From assembly GCA_965238175.1 (NCBI GenBank), contig CBDEGZ010000003.1:864001-928000 (forward strand): DNA of 64,000 bases, read 5' to 3'. This stretch comes from Gammaproteobacteria bacterium (GTDB lineage Bacteria > Pseudomonadota > Gammaproteobacteria > CAJXQU01). Below the pieces are notes generated by a model. It made no database searches and was not told where the DNA came from. It saw only the letters and a list, made by a program, of their open reading frames with translations. Below, piece by piece: positions 1 through 11,254 of the stretch. The position numbers and the translations under genes were made by a program. The stretch's first letter is position 1; every line of letters starts with the position of its first letter.

Positions 1-188
1 CTTACCTTAAGCGAGGACACGAATCGCAGCCGTCGGATCAAGGTGCACTCGTAGCTGTGTGTGTGTGTAGCTACGGGAGGTGTTGGATGTGCATTTGCTT
101 CACTGGTCGCCGATGGCGCAAGCGGTGGAGATGGAAGGTCGTGCCGATTTGTAGATGGACAGGTTCTATGTAGATGATAGATAGAGTT

Positions 189-2918
189 TTAATGAGCCTC
201 ATCCCAATTATCCCCAACTCCTGTATCAACCACTAACGGCACATTTAATTCTGCAGCAGAAGTCATAATCGATTCAATTTTTTCTTTGACTGGATCAATT
301 TCTTTTTCTGCAACTTCTAGTACTAGTTCATCGTGAACTTGCATGATCATTTTTGCATCAATGTTTTCTTCGTTTAACCATTGATCAACTTTTATCATCG
401 CGAGTTTTATGATGTCGGCGGCGGTGCCTTGCATGGGTGCATTGATCGCGGTGCGTTCTGCATATTGTCGGCGCTGGCCGTTTCGGGAATTGATCTCGGG
501 CAAGTACAAGCGTCGGCCAAAAACGGTTTCTACAAAACCTTGTTCGTGGGCAAGTGCGCGCGTGTCATCCATAAATGTTTTTACTGATGGATAACGATCA
601 AAATATAGATCGATATAGTCTTGCGCTTCACCGCGAGCGACATCTAATTGTTTGGCTAGGCCAAATGCAGACATGCCGTAGATCAAACCAAAATTAATCG
701 CTTTTGCGGCGCGGCGTTGGTTGGTTTCTACATCTGCAAGTTCGACATTAAACACTTCTGCTGCGGTGGCTTTATGAATATCCTCACCGTTTTTGAAGGC
801 TTCGAGTAAGCGCGCATCACCGGATAAATGCGCCATGATGCGCAACTCGATCTGCGAGTAATCCGAGGCGATTAGTTTGTAACCTTCTGGAGCGATAAAC
901 GCTTGTCTTATGCGTCGACCTTCTTCCGTTCTGATTGGAATATTTTGTAAGTTTGGATCAGATGATGAGAGTCGCCCTGTCGCAGCAACGGCTTGATGAT
1001 AGCTGGTATGAATACGATCGGTTTTTTGATTTATTTGTAGTGGCAGTTTATCGGTGTAGGTCGATTTTAATTTGCTTAAGCTTCGATTTTCGAGGATCAA
1101 TTTTGGTAGTAAATATTCCTGTGCAAGTTCTTGTAAAACATTTTCTGCGGTGGAGGGCTGGCCTTTGGGTGTTTTTGAAATGACCGGCAATTCTTTGTCT
1201 TCAAATAAGATTGCTTGGATCTGTTTTGGGGAATTCATGTTGAATGGTTTGCCAGCATCTTCGTAGGCTTGTTCTTCTATTTCCAGCATACGTTTGGCTA
1301 ATTGCTGACTTTGATTTTTCAACATTTTTGCATCAACTTTTACGCCGTTTCGTTCGATGCGAGAAAGAATCGAAACTAGCGGTAATTCAATCTTTTCAAG
1401 AATAGCGGTTTGATTTTCTCGTGCTCTTAATTCTGGAAAAAGTCTTTGGTGTAGTTGTAACGTGATGTCGGCATCTTCAGCAGCGTAAGGCCCAGCTTGT
1501 TCTAATGGGATTTGATTGAAGGTAAGTTGCTTTGCGCCCTTTCCGGCAATGTCTTCAAAATGGATCGTGTTTAAACCTAAATATTTTAACGCCAGTGCAT
1601 CCATATTATGTCGTGTCGCGGTGCTGTCCAGCACATAGGATTCGAGCATAGTGTCGAATTCAATACCATTTAGTTCGATGTCGTGATTGGCTAAAACATT
1701 TTTATCGTATTTTAAGTTTTGGCCAATTTTTTTCTGATCAGGATCTTCCAAAATTGGTTTTAACTTTCCGAGTAAAATGTCGCGACTAATTTGATCTGGT
1801 GCGCCGAGATAATTGTGACCACAGGGAACATAAGCGGCTGCGCCTGGTTTCACTGCAAAAGAAACGCCGACGATTTCAGCTTGCATATAATCAAGGCTGG
1901 TGGTTTCGGTATCAAATGCAAAATGATCGGAAGATTTAAGTTTTTCGATCCATCGATCTAATTGCTCTTCAGTAAGCACAGTTTCGTAGCCAGTTGTAAT
2001 GGATTCATTTTTTTCTGATTCTGATATATCAATATCAGATCCAGCTTGTGGCGTATAATCCTGAGCGCTTGATAATTCTCTTAACCAGGTTTTAAATTCG
2101 AGTTGAGTATATAAATCAATCAAGGTTTCTTTTTCTGCTGTTGTCGGGATTAACTCTATCGGTGTTTGATCTAGTGGGACATCCAGAACTATGGTCGCGA
2201 GTTGTTTTGACAAAGGAAGTTGATCCAAAGCGACGCGTAAATTTTCACCCACTTTGCCTTTTATATTTTCGGCATTTTCGATCACGCCATCAAGAGAGCC
2301 ATATTCGTTGATCCATTTGACTGCGGTTTTGGGGCCGACTTTTTCAACGCCAGGAATGTTGTCGACTTTGTCGCCCATCAATGTCAGGTAGTCAATTATT
2401 TGATCTGGCTTAACCCCAAATTTTTCTACAACACCTTCGTGATCCATCAACTTTCCATTATTCATGGTGTTGATCAAAAACACATTGTCATCAACTAATT
2501 GAGCCATGTCTTTGTCGCCGGTGGAAATAACCGTGTGTATGTTTTCTTTACTTGCTTGTGCGGACAGTGTGCCGATAACATCATCGGCTTCAACATTGTC
2601 GATGACTAATAATGGCCAACCACTTGCTATGATCAATTCATGTAAAGGCACAATCTGACATCGGAGATCTTCATCCATCGGTGGTCGGTTGGCTTTGTAG
2701 TCTGGAAAAAGATCATTACGAAATGTTTTTCCTTTTGCGTCGAAGATCACCGCTAGATATTTCGGATCAAAATCGTTGATCAATTTTCGCAGCATATTCA
2801 TTACGCCATGAATGGCACCGGTCGGTTGACCTTTGGAGTTTGTCAGCGGTGGAAGAGCATGAAAAGCGCGGAATAAATAGGACGAGCCATCAACTAATAT
2901 AAAGGTATCTTTTTTCAC
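189..2918 (-). CDS. polA: DNA polymerase I
   Basis: ILVDGSSYLFRAFHA 5'-3' exonuclease start, FDTETT 3'-5' exonuclease, DYSQIELR, KAINFGLIYG and QVHDEL polymerase motifs; GTG at 2918 preferred over the ORF-track start 2954. Confidence 0.97.
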   Translation of the reverse strand: MKKDTFILVDGSSYLFRAFHALPPLTNSKGQPTGAIHGVMNMLRKLINDFDPKYLAVIFDAKGKTFRNDLFPDYKANRPPMDEDLRCQIVPLHELIIASGWPLLVIDNVEADDVIGTLSAQASKENIHTVISTGDKDMAQLVDDNVFLINTMNNGKLMDHEGVVEKFGVKPDQIIDYLTLMGDKVDNIPGVEKVGPKTAVKWINEYGSLDGVIENAENIKGKVGENLRVALDQLPLSKQLATIVLDVPLDQTPIELIPTTAEKETLIDLYTQLEFKTWLRELSSAQDYTPQAGSDIDISESEKNESITTGYETVLTEEQLDRWIEKLKSSDHFAFDTETTSLDYMQAEIVGVSFAVKPGAAAYVPCGHNYLGAPDQISRDILLGKLKPILEDPDQKKIGQNLKYDKNVLANHDIELNGIEFDTMLESYVLDSTATRHNMDALALKYLGLNTIHFEDIAGKGAKQLTFNQIPLEQAGPYAAEDADITLQLHQRLFPELRARENQTAILEKIELPLVSILSRIERNGVKVDAKMLKNQSQQLAKRMLEIEEQAYEDAGKPFNMNSPKQIQAILFEDKELPVISKTPKGQPSTAENVLQELAQEYLLPKLILENRSLSKLKSTYTDKLPLQINQKTDRIHTSYHQAVAATGRLSSSDPNLQNIPIRTEEGRRIRQAFIAPEGYKLIASDYSQIELRIMAHLSGDARLLEAFKNGEDIHKATAAEVFNVELADVETNQRRAAKAINFGLIYGMSAFGLAKQLDVARGEAQDYIDLYFDRYPSVKTFMDDTRALAHEQGFVETVFGRRLYLPEINSRNGQRRQYAERTAINAPMQGTAADIIKLAMIKVDQWLNEENIDAKMIMQVHDELVLEVAEKEIDPVKEKIESIMTSAAELNVPLVVDTGVGDNWDEAH

Positions 2919-2955
2919 AGTGTTGTCTTCATTGGTTTGGGGTAAAATGCACATT

Positions 2956-3690
2956 ATGAATGATCAAACCAAAAGCCTCCATGCCTCTCGGTTGATGGAA
3001 GGAAAAGAAAAAGACAATGTATCTATGCCAGAATCTTGGAAAATTTTTCAGATCATGGCGGAATTTGTTGAAGGTTATGAAAAACTCGCAGGCATAAAAC
3101 CTTCGGTGAGTATTTTTGGATCGGCCAGGTTTAGCCCAGATCATAAATATTACAAATTGACAGAAGAGATTGCCTATAAACTTTCAGAGTCAGGGTTTTC
3201 TGTCGTTACTGGTGGTGGGCCGGGTGTGATGGAAGCAGGGAACAAAGGCGCATTTGCAGGACCATCGCCCAGTGTTGGTTTGAATATCGAGTTGCCACAC
3301 GAACAATCTGGTAACCCATATCAAGATATTGGAATTACTTTTCGGCATTTTTTCTCGCGCAAAGTGATGTTTGTGAAATATGCGTCGGCCTATGTTGTAT
3401 TGCCCGGTGGTTTTGGTACTTTGGATGAATTGGCTGAGATATTGACGTTAGTGCAAACAGGCAAGTCTGCAAAAATCCCCATTGTTCTGGTGGGTTCAGA
3501 TTTTTGGAAAGGTTTAGTGCAATGGTTTAAGGATTCACTGGTTGAAAATGGCACGATTAGTGCCAATGATTTAGCTCTATTCACTGTTGTCGATCGGGCG
3601 GACGAAGTGGTAGACACTATTTTTGAATATTACGATAAACGTGGCTTTGAACCGTCTGGGGAAGAGCAAGAAGCATTACTGCAACTTTAA
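2956..3690 (+). CDS. LOG-family (TIGR00730-like) Rossmann-fold nucleotide-binding protein
   Basis: SIFGSAR, TGGGPGVMEA and PGGFGTLDE motifs; divergent from polA; start ATG 2956 inferred. Confidence 0.9.
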   Translation: MNDQTKSLHASRLMEGKEKDNVSMPESWKIFQIMAEFVEGYEKLAGIKPSVSIFGSARFSPDHKYYKLTEEIAYKLSESGFSVVTGGGPGVMEAGNKGAFAGPSPSVGLNIELPHEQSGNPYQDIGITFRHFFSRKVMFVKYASAYVVLPGGFGTLDELAEILTLVQTGKSAKIPIVLVGSDFWKGLVQWFKDSLVENGTISANDLALFTVVDRADEVVDTIFEYYDKRGFEPSGEEQEALLQL

Positions 3691-3704
3691 GAGGGAAAAG
3701 AAAA

Positions 3705-4052
3705 ATGCAGAAGAAATTGCGACAATTAATTTTCATCACAGTTTTAGGTATCGCTGCAGGTTCACATGCAGAACAACCGGCAAATCTAGAACCATTACCA
3801 GATGCTCCTCGACCTCCTGATATTGTTGATTCAGGTGAAACACTAGAGCCGGAAATTACCATTATCGATAGAGAAGAAAAAGTCATTGAAGAATATCGAC
3901 TGAACGGCCATCTCTATATGATCAAAATCACACCTGCATTTGGTCCTTCCTATTACATACTTGATCAAGATGGTGATGGAAAAATGGAAACGAACATGAG
4001 CGAGATCTATTCTAATTTCGTTGTGCCTTCGTGGGTTATTTTCAGCTGGTAA
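3705..4052 (+). CDS. DUF2782-like exported protein
   Basis: Signal peptide, [33 protein letters not shown]-terminal VPSWVIFSW; common neighbour of polA/LOG. Confidence 0.8.
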   Translation: MQKKLRQLIFITVLGIAAGSHAEQPANLEPLPDAPRPPDIVDSGETLEPEITIIDREEKVIEEYRLNGHLYMIKITPAFGPSYYILDQDGDGKMETNMSEIYSNFVVPSWVIFSW

Positions 4053-4066
4053 AGGAAGTTATAGAA

Positions 4067-5149
4067 ATGGTTGATGTATGCGAAGTGACAGAAGGGTTTG
4101 CAGATAGGGGTTTGCCGTTTGATGTGCCGACAACTATTCCAGAAGATCTTGATGATGATCAAAAAGAAGAACTTTATGATCGAATAGCAAAACTCCTTAA
4201 GAAAGAGGATGCGATTCTTGTTGCACACTATTATGTGGATGCTGAGTTGCAAATTTTAGCCGAGAAAACAGGTGGCTATGTTTCTGATTCGCTAGACATG
4301 GCAAGATTTGGAACTGAAAGTGATGCTTCTACGCTAGTGGTAGTCGGTGTACGTTTTATGGGTGAAACGGCGAAGATCTTAAATCCTGAAAAAAGAATAT
4401 TAATGCCCGAGTTGGATGCTAACTGTTCACTCGATTTGGGTTGTGAAGCAGAGGAGTTTTCAATATTCTGCGATGAAAACCCTGACCGTACTGTGATTGT
4501 CTATGCTAATACCAGTGCAGCGGTTAAGGCGCGTGCAGACTGGATGGTGACGTCTGGGAGTGCCGTAGATGTTATAAATCATTTGCAAGAGAGGGGAGAA
4601 AAGATCCTTTGGGCACCCGATAAATATCTCGGTGATTATGTTCAGCGACAAACAAATGCGGATATGTTGCTTTGGGATGGATCTTGTATTGTTCATGAAT
4701 CTTTCAAGGGTTCTGAACTTGCAAAAATGAAAAAAGCTCGTCCAGAAACTAAAATTCTCGTTCACCCAGAATCCCCACCGAATGTGATCGAGCTTGCAGA
4801 TTTTGTTGGATCGACAACAGGTCTAATCAACTACGCTAAGGGTTCTGACGCTAAAGAATTTATCGTTGCAACTGATCGAGGGATCTTCCACAAAATGAAA
4901 CAAGCTGCGCCAGGGAAAGTGTTTCTTGAAGCGCCAACAGCAGGTGAAAGTGCAACTTGTCAGAGTTGTTCACATTGTCCATGGATGGCTATGAATAGCT
5001 TAACCAAATTAGCTGATTGTTTAGAAAAGGGTACTAATGAAATATTTGTCGATGAAGATGTTCGTGAAAAAGCGGTTAATTCTATTACTCGTCTACTCGA
5101 CTTTTCGAAGTCGCAAGGACATGTAATTTATGGCAATAACGACGCCTGA
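4067..5149 (+). CDS. nadA: Quinolinate synthase A
   Basis: [39 protein letters not shown] and CPWMAMN motifs; ATG 4067. Confidence 0.95.
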   Translation: MVDVCEVTEGFADRGLPFDVPTTIPEDLDDDQKEELYDRIAKLLKKEDAILVAHYYVDAELQILAEKTGGYVSDSLDMARFGTESDASTLVVVGVRFMGETAKILNPEKRILMPELDANCSLDLGCEAEEFSIFCDENPDRTVIVYANTSAAVKARADWMVTSGSAVDVINHLQERGEKILWAPDKYLGDYVQRQTNADMLLWDGSCIVHESFKGSELAKMKKARPETKILVHPESPPNVIELADFVGSTTGLINYAKGSDAKEFIVATDRGIFHKMKQAAPGKVFLEAPTAGESATCQSCSHCPWMAMNSLTKLADCLEKGTNEIFVDEDVREKAVNSITRLLDFSKSQGHVIYGNNDA

Positions 5150-5784
5150 TGGTGGCAAATAATACTGAAGCTGTGGTTTTGATCCACGGTCTTTTTATGA
5201 ATGGCTGGGATATGTCATTACTGCGATCCCGAATTGCAGATGCAGGTTATTCTACGTATCAATTTTCATATCATTCGACAAGTGCCAATGTGGAAGAGAT
5301 TACGTCTGAACTAAATGAGTTTATTGAGAACATTCATTCAGAAACGATCCATTATGTTGGTCATAGCCTCGGTGGGCTTGTTATTCGTCACTTCCTAAAA
5401 CGATATCCAAACACGCCTAATGGTCGGGTCGTTACATTGGGCTCGCCACATAATGGTAGTAATGCGGCACATTTCTTAAATCGCTACGAGTTCACTTCAA
5501 AAATTCTCGGAGAAAGTTTGAATACAGGGCTTTTGGGAAATGCGCCTCCTTGGTCTGGCCGTAGAGAATTGGGTTCTATTGCGGGTAACGTTGGCTTCGG
5601 AATGGGGGTTATTTTTCCAGATTTAAAAGAACCTAATGATGGCACTGTCTCCGTTGATGAAACGAAGCTGGAAAACATGGCCGAGCACTTATTAATTCCA
5701 ACATCACATACAGGATTGTTGTTATCGAAGAGTGCAGCAGATCAGACACTTTATTTCCTCAAACACGTGAGATTTGCAAATTAA
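5149..5784 (+). CDS. Alpha/beta-hydrolase (lipase/esterase-like)
   Basis: VVLIHGL, GHSLGG nucleophile elbow, LGSPHNGS, NDGTV, SHTGLL; start overlaps nadA stop. Confidence 0.88.
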   Translation: MVANNTEAVVLIHGLFMNGWDMSLLRSRIADAGYSTYQFSYHSTSANVEEITSELNEFIENIHSETIHYVGHSLGGLVIRHFLKRYPNTPNGRVVTLGSPHNGSNAAHFLNRYEFTSKILGESLNTGLLGNAPPWSGRRELGSIAGNVGFGMGVIFPDLKEPNDGTVSVDETKLENMAEHLLIPTSHTGLLLSKSAADQTLYFLKHVRFAN

Positions 5785-5830
5785 TGGGTAAGATTTAGAA
5801 AAATACTTGATTTTAATCAAGCATTCGCGG

Positions 5831-5859
5831 TTGACACGGTTTTGAATATTTTTGATAAT
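5831..5859 (+). promoter_or_regulatory. Sigma70 promoter of the tRNA-tuf operon
   Basis: TTGACA-17 nt-GATAAT, 16 nt upstream of tRNA-Tyr. Confidence 0.8.
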
Positions 5860-5875
5860 AGTCGGCTGTCGGTTT

Positions 5876-5960
5876 GGAGGGGTGGCCGAGTGGTTAAAGG
5901 CGACGGACTGTAAATCCGTTCTCTCAGAGTACGCTGGTTCGAATCCAGCCCCCTCCACCA
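5876..5960 (+). tRNA. tRNA-Tyr(GTA)
   Basis: GGAGGGG/CCCCTCC acceptor stem, CTGTAAA anticodon loop, long variable arm, GGTTCGAATCC, encoded CCA. Confidence 0.96.
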
Positions 5961-6052
5961 TTGATGGAGATGAAGATCGCAAAGTGGGTTGCGGTGTGAA
6001 GATTAATTAAGGCTTTGGGATATGTAGTTTAAAATAAAGTGGTTTTAACGAT

Positions 6053-6126
6053 GCGGGTGTAGTTCAATGGTAGAACGTCAGCCTTCCAAGCTGAACACGT
6101 GGGTTCGATTCCCATCACCCGCTCCA
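6053..6126 (+). tRNA. tRNA-Gly(TCC)
   Basis: GCGGGTG/CACCCGC acceptor stem, CTTCCAA loop, GGTTCGATTCC, CCA. Confidence 0.96.
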
Positions 6127-6158
6127 AATACAATAAGGAAGATGCTGCAAGCTTCGTA

Positions 6159-6233
<75 letters not shown>

Positions 6234-6339
6234 CCTACTCCAAGCACATAAGAGTGAGATGATAGTTTTTATTATATCGATATTTAAGTGAAGTAAGCGT
6301 TAGGGAACATTTGTAATTAATTTCGGGGAGTGCCTCAAG

Positions 6340-7530
6340 ATGTCTAAGGAAAAATTTGAACGAACGAAACCACATGTAAACGTCGGAACGATCGGCCACG
6401 TAGATCATGGTAAGACGACGTTAACGGCGGCGATAACGACGCATCAAGCGAGCAAATTTGGTGGCGAAACCAAAGCATACGATCAAATCGACAACGCCCC
6501 TGAAGAACGAGAGCGAGGTATCACCATAGCAACGGCGCATGTGGAATACGAAAGTGAAAATCGACACTATGCCCATGTAGATTGCCCGGGACATGCGGAT
6601 TACGTCAAAAACATGATCACCGGCGCGGCGCAAATGGACGGCGCAATCCTTGTATGTTCAGCGGCCGATGGCCCAATGCCGCAAACGCGAGAACATATCC
6701 TATTGTCACGCCAGGTAGGTGTACCTTACATTCTTGTGTACATGAACAAAGCCGACATGGTCGATGACGAAGAACTGATCGAACTGGTCGAAATGGAAAT
6801 CCGAGAACTCCTCGACAGCTATGACTTTCCTGGAGATGACACGCCAATTATTATAGGCTCTGCGCTGAAAGCCCTAGAAGGCGACAGCAGTGACATCGGT
6901 ACACCGTCAATAGACAAACTGGTTGAAGCACTCGACAGCTACATCCCTGAGCCGGAACGTGCGGTAGACGGCGCCTTCATCATGCCGATAGAAGACGTGT
7001 TCTCTATTTCAGGCCGGGGTACAGTAGTGACCGGGCGAATCGAACGGGGAATAGTTCACGTTGGCGATGAAATAGAAATCGTTGGTATCAAAGACACCCA
7101 AATAACGACGTGTACCGGTGTTGAAATGTTCCGTAAACTACTCGACGAAGGTCAGGCAGGCGACAACGTTGGCGTACTGCTTCGCGGTACAAAACGGGAA
7201 GAAGTGGAACGAGGTCAGGTGTTAGCGGCGAAGGGCTCAATCAACCCCCATACTCACTTTGAAGCAGAGCTTTATATCTTGTCAAAAGATGAGGGAGGCC
7301 GACACACGCCCTTTTTCAACAACTACCGACCCCAGTTTTACTTCCGTACGACAGACGTAACGGGGGCCTGTGAATTACCTGAAGGAACTGAAATGGTGAT
7401 GCCGGGTGACAATGTGAAGATGACGATTAAATTAATCGCTCCGATAGCGATGGATGAGGGATTACGCTTTGCTATCCGTGAAGGTGGCCGTACTGTGGGT
7501 GCGGGTGTTGTTGCTAAGGTTATTGAATAA
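6340..7530 (+). CDS. tuf: Elongation factor Tu (copy 1)
   Basis: [14 protein letters not shown] and NKAD motifs; follows tRNA cluster. Confidence 0.99.
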   Translation: MSKEKFERTKPHVNVGTIGHVDHGKTTLTAAITTHQASKFGGETKAYDQIDNAPEERERGITIATAHVEYESENRHYAHVDCPGHADYVKNMITGAAQMDGAILVCSAADGPMPQTREHILLSRQVGVPYILVYMNKADMVDDEELIELVEMEIRELLDSYDFPGDDTPIIIGSALKALEGDSSDIGTPSIDKLVEALDSYIPEPERAVDGAFIMPIEDVFSISGRGTVVTGRIERGIVHVGDEIEIVGIKDTQITTCTGVEMFRKLLDEGQAGDNVGVLLRGTKREEVERGQVLAAKGSINPHTHFEAELYILSKDEGGRHTPFFNNYRPQFYFRTTDVTGACELPEGTEMVMPGDNVKMTIKLIAPIAMDEGLRFAIREGGRTVGAGVVAKVIE

Positions 7531-7547
7531 TAATAAGTAAAGATCAG

Positions 7548-7578
7548 AAATGGCTCCCGGTTTTACCTGGAGCCATTT
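7548..7578 (+). terminator. Stem-loop after tuf (terminator or processing hairpin)
   Basis: AAATGGCTCC/GGAGCCATTT 10-bp stem followed by a T-rich stretch. Confidence 0.55.
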
Positions 7579-7607
7579 GTCATTTTTTGGGAAAGATAAA
7601 AAACAAC

Positions 7608-7683
7608 AGGCCAGTAGCTCAATTGGCAGAGCGACGGTCTCCAAAACCGTAGGTTGGGGGTTCGATTCCCTCCTGGCCTGCCA
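7608..7683 (+). tRNA. tRNA-Trp(CCA)
   Basis: AGGCCAG/CTGGCCT stem, CTCCAAA loop, GGTTCGATTCC, CCA; usual position before secE. Confidence 0.96.
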
Positions 7684-7749
7684 TCTTTAATCCCGAAGGG
7701 ATCGAGAAGGCGGGTTATACGAGTGACTGTTGTTGATATTGGGTAAATT

Positions 7750-8127
7750 ATGAATTCTAAGGTAGAAACAAAAGCTTCACCGCTTGATACAGTAAAGTTG
7801 GTTGTCGCATTATTGATCGTGATTACCGCAGTGGTAGGGTATTACTACTTTGCTGATCAATCGCAGCTTTTCAGGGTGTTAGGTATGCTTGCCGCAGTCG
7901 GTGTTGCGGTTGCAATTGCGTTTCAGACTGAAAAGGGTCGAGGGATTTGGAGTTTTATTCATGATGCTCAAATAGAAGTTCGTAAAGTAGTCTGGCCGAC
8001 AAAACAAGAAACCATTCAGACGACACTTATCGTATTATTCGTGGTATTCGTGGTAGGGGTTTTTCTCTTTTTCCTGGATATGGGCTTGTCCAAAATCGTT
8101 AGTCTAGTCACTGGGGTTGGGGGGTAG
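7750..8127 (+). CDS. secE: Preprotein translocase subunit SecE
   Basis: Three TM segments, EVRKVVWPT motif. Confidence 0.96.
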   Translation: MNSKVETKASPLDTVKLVVALLIVITAVVGYYYFADQSQLFRVLGMLAAVGVAVAIAFQTEKGRGIWSFIHDAQIEVRKVVWPTKQETIQTTLIVLFVVFVVGVFLFFLDMGLSKIVSLVTGVGG

Positions 8128-8131
8128 TTCG

Positions 8132-8665
8132 ATGTTACTAAAGTGGTATGTAGTACACGCCTATTCTGGCCATGAAGAGCGAGTTATGAACTCGTTAAAA
8201 GAGCGAGCTGAGCGGTTTGAAATGGAACACTTCTTCGGCGATATTCTTGTACCTACTGAAGAAGTAGTTGAAATGAAAGGTGGTGAAAAGAAAAGTAGTG
8301 AGAGAAAATTTTTCCCAGGCTATGTGTTAGTTCAAATGGAGATGAATGATGACACCTGGCACATGGTTAGAGACACTGATCGTGTAATGGGTTTTATAGG
8401 TGGAACTAGCGAAAAACCGGCGCCTATATCAGAAAAAGAAGCCGATGCAATTTTGCAACGAGTTCAAGAAGGTGTCGATCAACCGGCTCCAAAAGTATTG
8501 TTTGATGTTGGAGCTTTGGTACGAGTTATTGATGGCCCATTTGCGGATTTCAGTGGTGTTGTCGAAGATGTTAATTACGAGAAAAGTAAATTGACAGTAT
8601 CAGTTTCAATATTTGGACGATCAACTCCGGTAGAGTTGGGTTTTGATCAAGTAGAGAAAGAATAG
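8132..8665 (+). CDS. nusG: Transcription termination/antitermination factor NusG
   Basis: [20 protein letters not shown] domain; ATG 8132. Confidence 0.97.
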   Translation: MLLKWYVVHAYSGHEERVMNSLKERAERFEMEHFFGDILVPTEEVVEMKGGEKKSSERKFFPGYVLVQMEMNDDTWHMVRDTDRVMGFIGGTSEKPAPISEKEADAILQRVQEGVDQPAPKVLFDVGALVRVIDGPFADFSGVVEDVNYEKSKLTVSVSIFGRSTPVELGFDQVEKE

Positions 8666-8726
8666 GGATTTGTTTTTTAATTGAGTTTGAAAAAGCAAGT
8701 CTAAAGATAAACATTTTTCAACTGAT

Positions 8727-8751
8727 GGGGAGCCGAAAGGCGTTTGAACCC
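8727..8751 (+). promoter_or_regulatory. Putative L1-binding autoregulatory site in the rplK leader
   Basis: GGGGAGCC-GAAA-GGC...AACCC structure just upstream of the rplK RBS; resembles the known L1 operator. Confidence 0.55.
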
Positions 8752-8764
8752 GGGGAGAAGAGAA

Positions 8765-9199
8765 GTGGCTAAGAAAATAGAAGCCTACATTAAGTTACAA
8801 GTGCCTGCTGGCCAGGCCAATCCAAGCCCGCCTGTTGGTCCTGCATTAGGACAACATGGTGTAAATATTATGGAATTTTGTAAAGCATTTAATGCTCAGA
8901 CTCAAGGCACTGAACCTGGTTTGCCGATCCCTGTCGTTATTACAGTCTATGCTGACAGAAGTTTTACTTATGTTACTAAAACACCACCTGCGGCTGTTTT
9001 GATTCTGAAGGCGGCTGGCCTTAAAAAAGGTAGTGGTACTCCAAATACTGACAAAGTTGGTAAGTTAAATCGTGCGCAACTTGAAGAGATTGCGAAAACT
9101 AAAGAGCCTGATTTAACCGCATCTGATGTTGATGCTGCAGTACGTACAATTGCAGGTACTGCCCGTAGCATGGGAATTGAGACGGAGGGCGTTAACTGA
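8765..9199 (+). CDS. rplK: 50S ribosomal protein L11
   Basis: [21 protein letters not shown]; GTG start 8765. Confidence 0.98.
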   Translation: MAKKIEAYIKLQVPAGQANPSPPVGPALGQHGVNIMEFCKAFNAQTQGTEPGLPIPVVITVYADRSFTYVTKTPPAAVLILKAAGLKKGSGTPNTDKVGKLNRAQLEEIAKTKEPDLTASDVDAAVRTIAGTARSMGIETEGVN

Positions 9200-9891
9200 T
9201 GGCTAAGCTAACAAAGCGTGCGAAGTTAATCGCAGAAAAGGTTGAAGCAGAAAAGGTCTACACGATCGAAGAAGCGTTACAAATTTTAAAAGACGTTTCA
9301 TCTGTTAAGTTTGATGAAGGTGTCGATGTTTCAGTTAATTTGGGTATTAACCCAACTAAGTCGGATCAAAACGTCCGAGGTTCTACTGTTCTTCCTAATG
9401 GTACGGGTAAGACTGTACGTGTTGCTGTTTTTGCTGAAGGTGACAAAGCTGATGCTGCAAAAGAGGCAGGTGCAGATATTGTCGGTATGGATGAACTTGC
9501 TGATGAGATCAAAAAAGGCATGATGGATTTTGATGTGGTTGTCGCAGCACCAGAAGCTATGCGTGTTGTAGGCCAGTTGGGAACATTACTTGGGCCTCGA
9601 GGTTTGATGCCTAATCCTAAAGTTGGGACTGTAACACCCGATGTTGCCACGGCTGTTAAAAATGCTAAGGGTGGTCAGGTTCAATACAGAACAGAAAAAG
9701 GTGGCATTATCCATGGGACGATTGGTAAGCTTTCGTTTGATGTTAATGCATTAAAAGAAAACCTTGTGGCTCTTATGGAAGATTTGAAAAAAGCTAAGCC
9801 AAGTTCAGCAAAGGGTGTCTATTTGCAGAAGGTTTCCGTTAGCAGCACGATGGGGCCAGGCTTGGAAGTCGATATAGCATCGATTTCGTAA
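9199..9891 (+). CDS. rplA: 50S ribosomal protein L1
   Basis: [23 protein letters not shown]. Confidence 0.98.
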   Translation: MAKLTKRAKLIAEKVEAEKVYTIEEALQILKDVSSVKFDEGVDVSVNLGINPTKSDQNVRGSTVLPNGTGKTVRVAVFAEGDKADAAKEAGADIVGMDELADEIKKGMMDFDVVVAAPEAMRVVGQLGTLLGPRGLMPNPKVGTVTPDVATAVKNAKGGQVQYRTEKGGIIHGTIGKLSFDVNALKENLVALMEDLKKAKPSSAKGVYLQKVSVSSTMGPGLEVDIASIS

Positions 9892-9963
9892 AATAAGATC
9901 TGCGATATCAAAATTTAGTAAAAAACTTTGGGCGGCTAGATCAAATATATATTTGTTTTAGTT

Positions 9964-10062
9964 GTCGTCAAAGACCGTAGGGGTTTTTTGTTCAGATTGA
10001 TGTTGAATTATTTGAATAGAAAGCTTAATTAGGAAATATATCTACCCCGCGCAGACGGTGCT
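9964..10062 (+). promoter_or_regulatory. Ribosomal protein L10 leader (cis-regulatory RNA), boundaries approximate
   Basis: CGTCAAAGACCGTAGG...GCTTAAT...CGCGCAGACGG blocks in the long rplA-rplJ spacer. Confidence 0.7.
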
Positions 10063-10201
10063 TCCAAAACAGATGAATACTCTGGTTGGGTGCCGTAAAT
10101 GGGTCTCATTAATATTTATTTTTAAACATTAATGGGGCATTTATGGAGAGAGTATATTTGTGGTCTAAAGACTACGGTGTACTCAATCAGGAGAAATAAA
10201 C

Positions 10202-10726
10202 GTGCTTAATCTTGAACAGAAAAAAGCAATTGTAGCGCAAGTTGCAGAGGTTGCATCAAGTGCACATTCTGCAATAGCGGCGGAATATGCCGGTGTCACT
10301 GTTGAGCAAATGACCAGCCTTCGTAATGCTGCACGAGGTGGAGGTGTTCACCTTCAAGTTGTGCGAAATACGCTTGCGAAAAGAGCACTGGAGGGCACTG
10401 ACTACGAATGTATGTTAGATGGCTTAACGGGGCAATTGGTTCTGGCATTTTCTCAGGAAGATCCAGGTGCGGCAGCGCGAGTTATTAAGGACTTTGCAAA
10501 GGATAATGACCAATTAGTAGTTAAGATGGTTTCTATCGGTGGCAAATTACTTGAGCCGGGCGATATTGCTGCGCTTGCAAAATTACCTACATACGATCAA
10601 GCAGTATCACTTTCAATGGCAGTTATGAAAGCACCAATCGAAAAATTCGTTCGTACGTTGAATGAACCGCATGCGAAATTGGTTCGAACTATCGCTGCTG
10701 TGCGTGATCAAAAACAAGCTGCTTAA
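10202..10726 (+). CDS. rplJ: 50S ribosomal protein L10
   Basis: [26 protein letters not shown]. Confidence 0.97.
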   Translation: MLNLEQKKAIVAQVAEVASSAHSAIAAEYAGVTVEQMTSLRNAARGGGVHLQVVRNTLAKRALEGTDYECMLDGLTGQLVLAFSQEDPGAAARVIKDFAKDNDQLVVKMVSIGGKLLEPGDIAALAKLPTYDQAVSLSMAVMKAPIEKFVRTLNEPHAKLVRTIAAVRDQKQAA

Positions 10727-10766
10727 CGCTACAAAACAATTAATTAACAATTACGGAGTATTTATC

Positions 10767-11144
10767 ATGGCTGTAACTAAAGACGATATCCTGGAAGCGA
10801 TTTCCAATATGTCAGTAATGGACGTTGTTGAACTTGTTGAAGCAATGGAAGAAAAATTTGGCGTATCTGTTGCTGCAGTCGCAGCTGCACCTGCGGCCGC
10901 TGCTGCTGATGGCGGTGCTGCTGCTGAAGTTAAAGATGAGTTTGATGTTGTAATGACAAGTTTTGGCGAGAACAAAGTTGCTGCGATTAAAGTGGTTCGC
11001 GCAATTACTGGCTTAGGTCTTAAAGAAGCGAAAGAAATGGTTGAAGGTGTTCCTTCAACGATTAAAGAAGCTGCTACTAAAGACGAAGCAGAAGACATTA
11101 AGAAACAGCTCGAAGAAGCTGGCGCTGCTGTCGAGCTTAAGTGA
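10767..11144 (+). CDS. rplL: 50S ribosomal protein L7/L12
   Basis: EEKFGVS, Ala-rich hinge, GLGLKEAK; ATG 10767. Confidence 0.98.
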   Translation: MAVTKDDILEAISNMSVMDVVELVEAMEEKFGVSVAAVAAAPAAAAADGGAAAEVKDEFDVVMTSFGENKVAAIKVVRAITGLGLKEAKEMVEGVPSTIKEAATKDEAEDIKKQLEEAGAAVELK

Positions 11145-11170
11145 TATTTATTGCAATTAAGCAATAAGCT

Positions 11171-11200
11171 GGCTGGTGGTTTTTCGCTACCAGCCTTTTT
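11171..11200 (+). terminator. rplL-rpoB attenuator/terminator
   Basis: GGCTGGTGG...CTACCAGCC stem followed by TTTTT. Confidence 0.7.
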
Positions 11201-11254
11201 GCGCTTCCATAGCGCTGTTAAGTTTTAACACAGTCTTATTTTTAGAGGACGATC

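Noticed and set aside
5722-5982. 86-aa minus-strand ORF (also the 60-aa ORF at 7462-7644)
   Set aside because: Antisense translations of tRNA-Tyr and tRNA-Trp.
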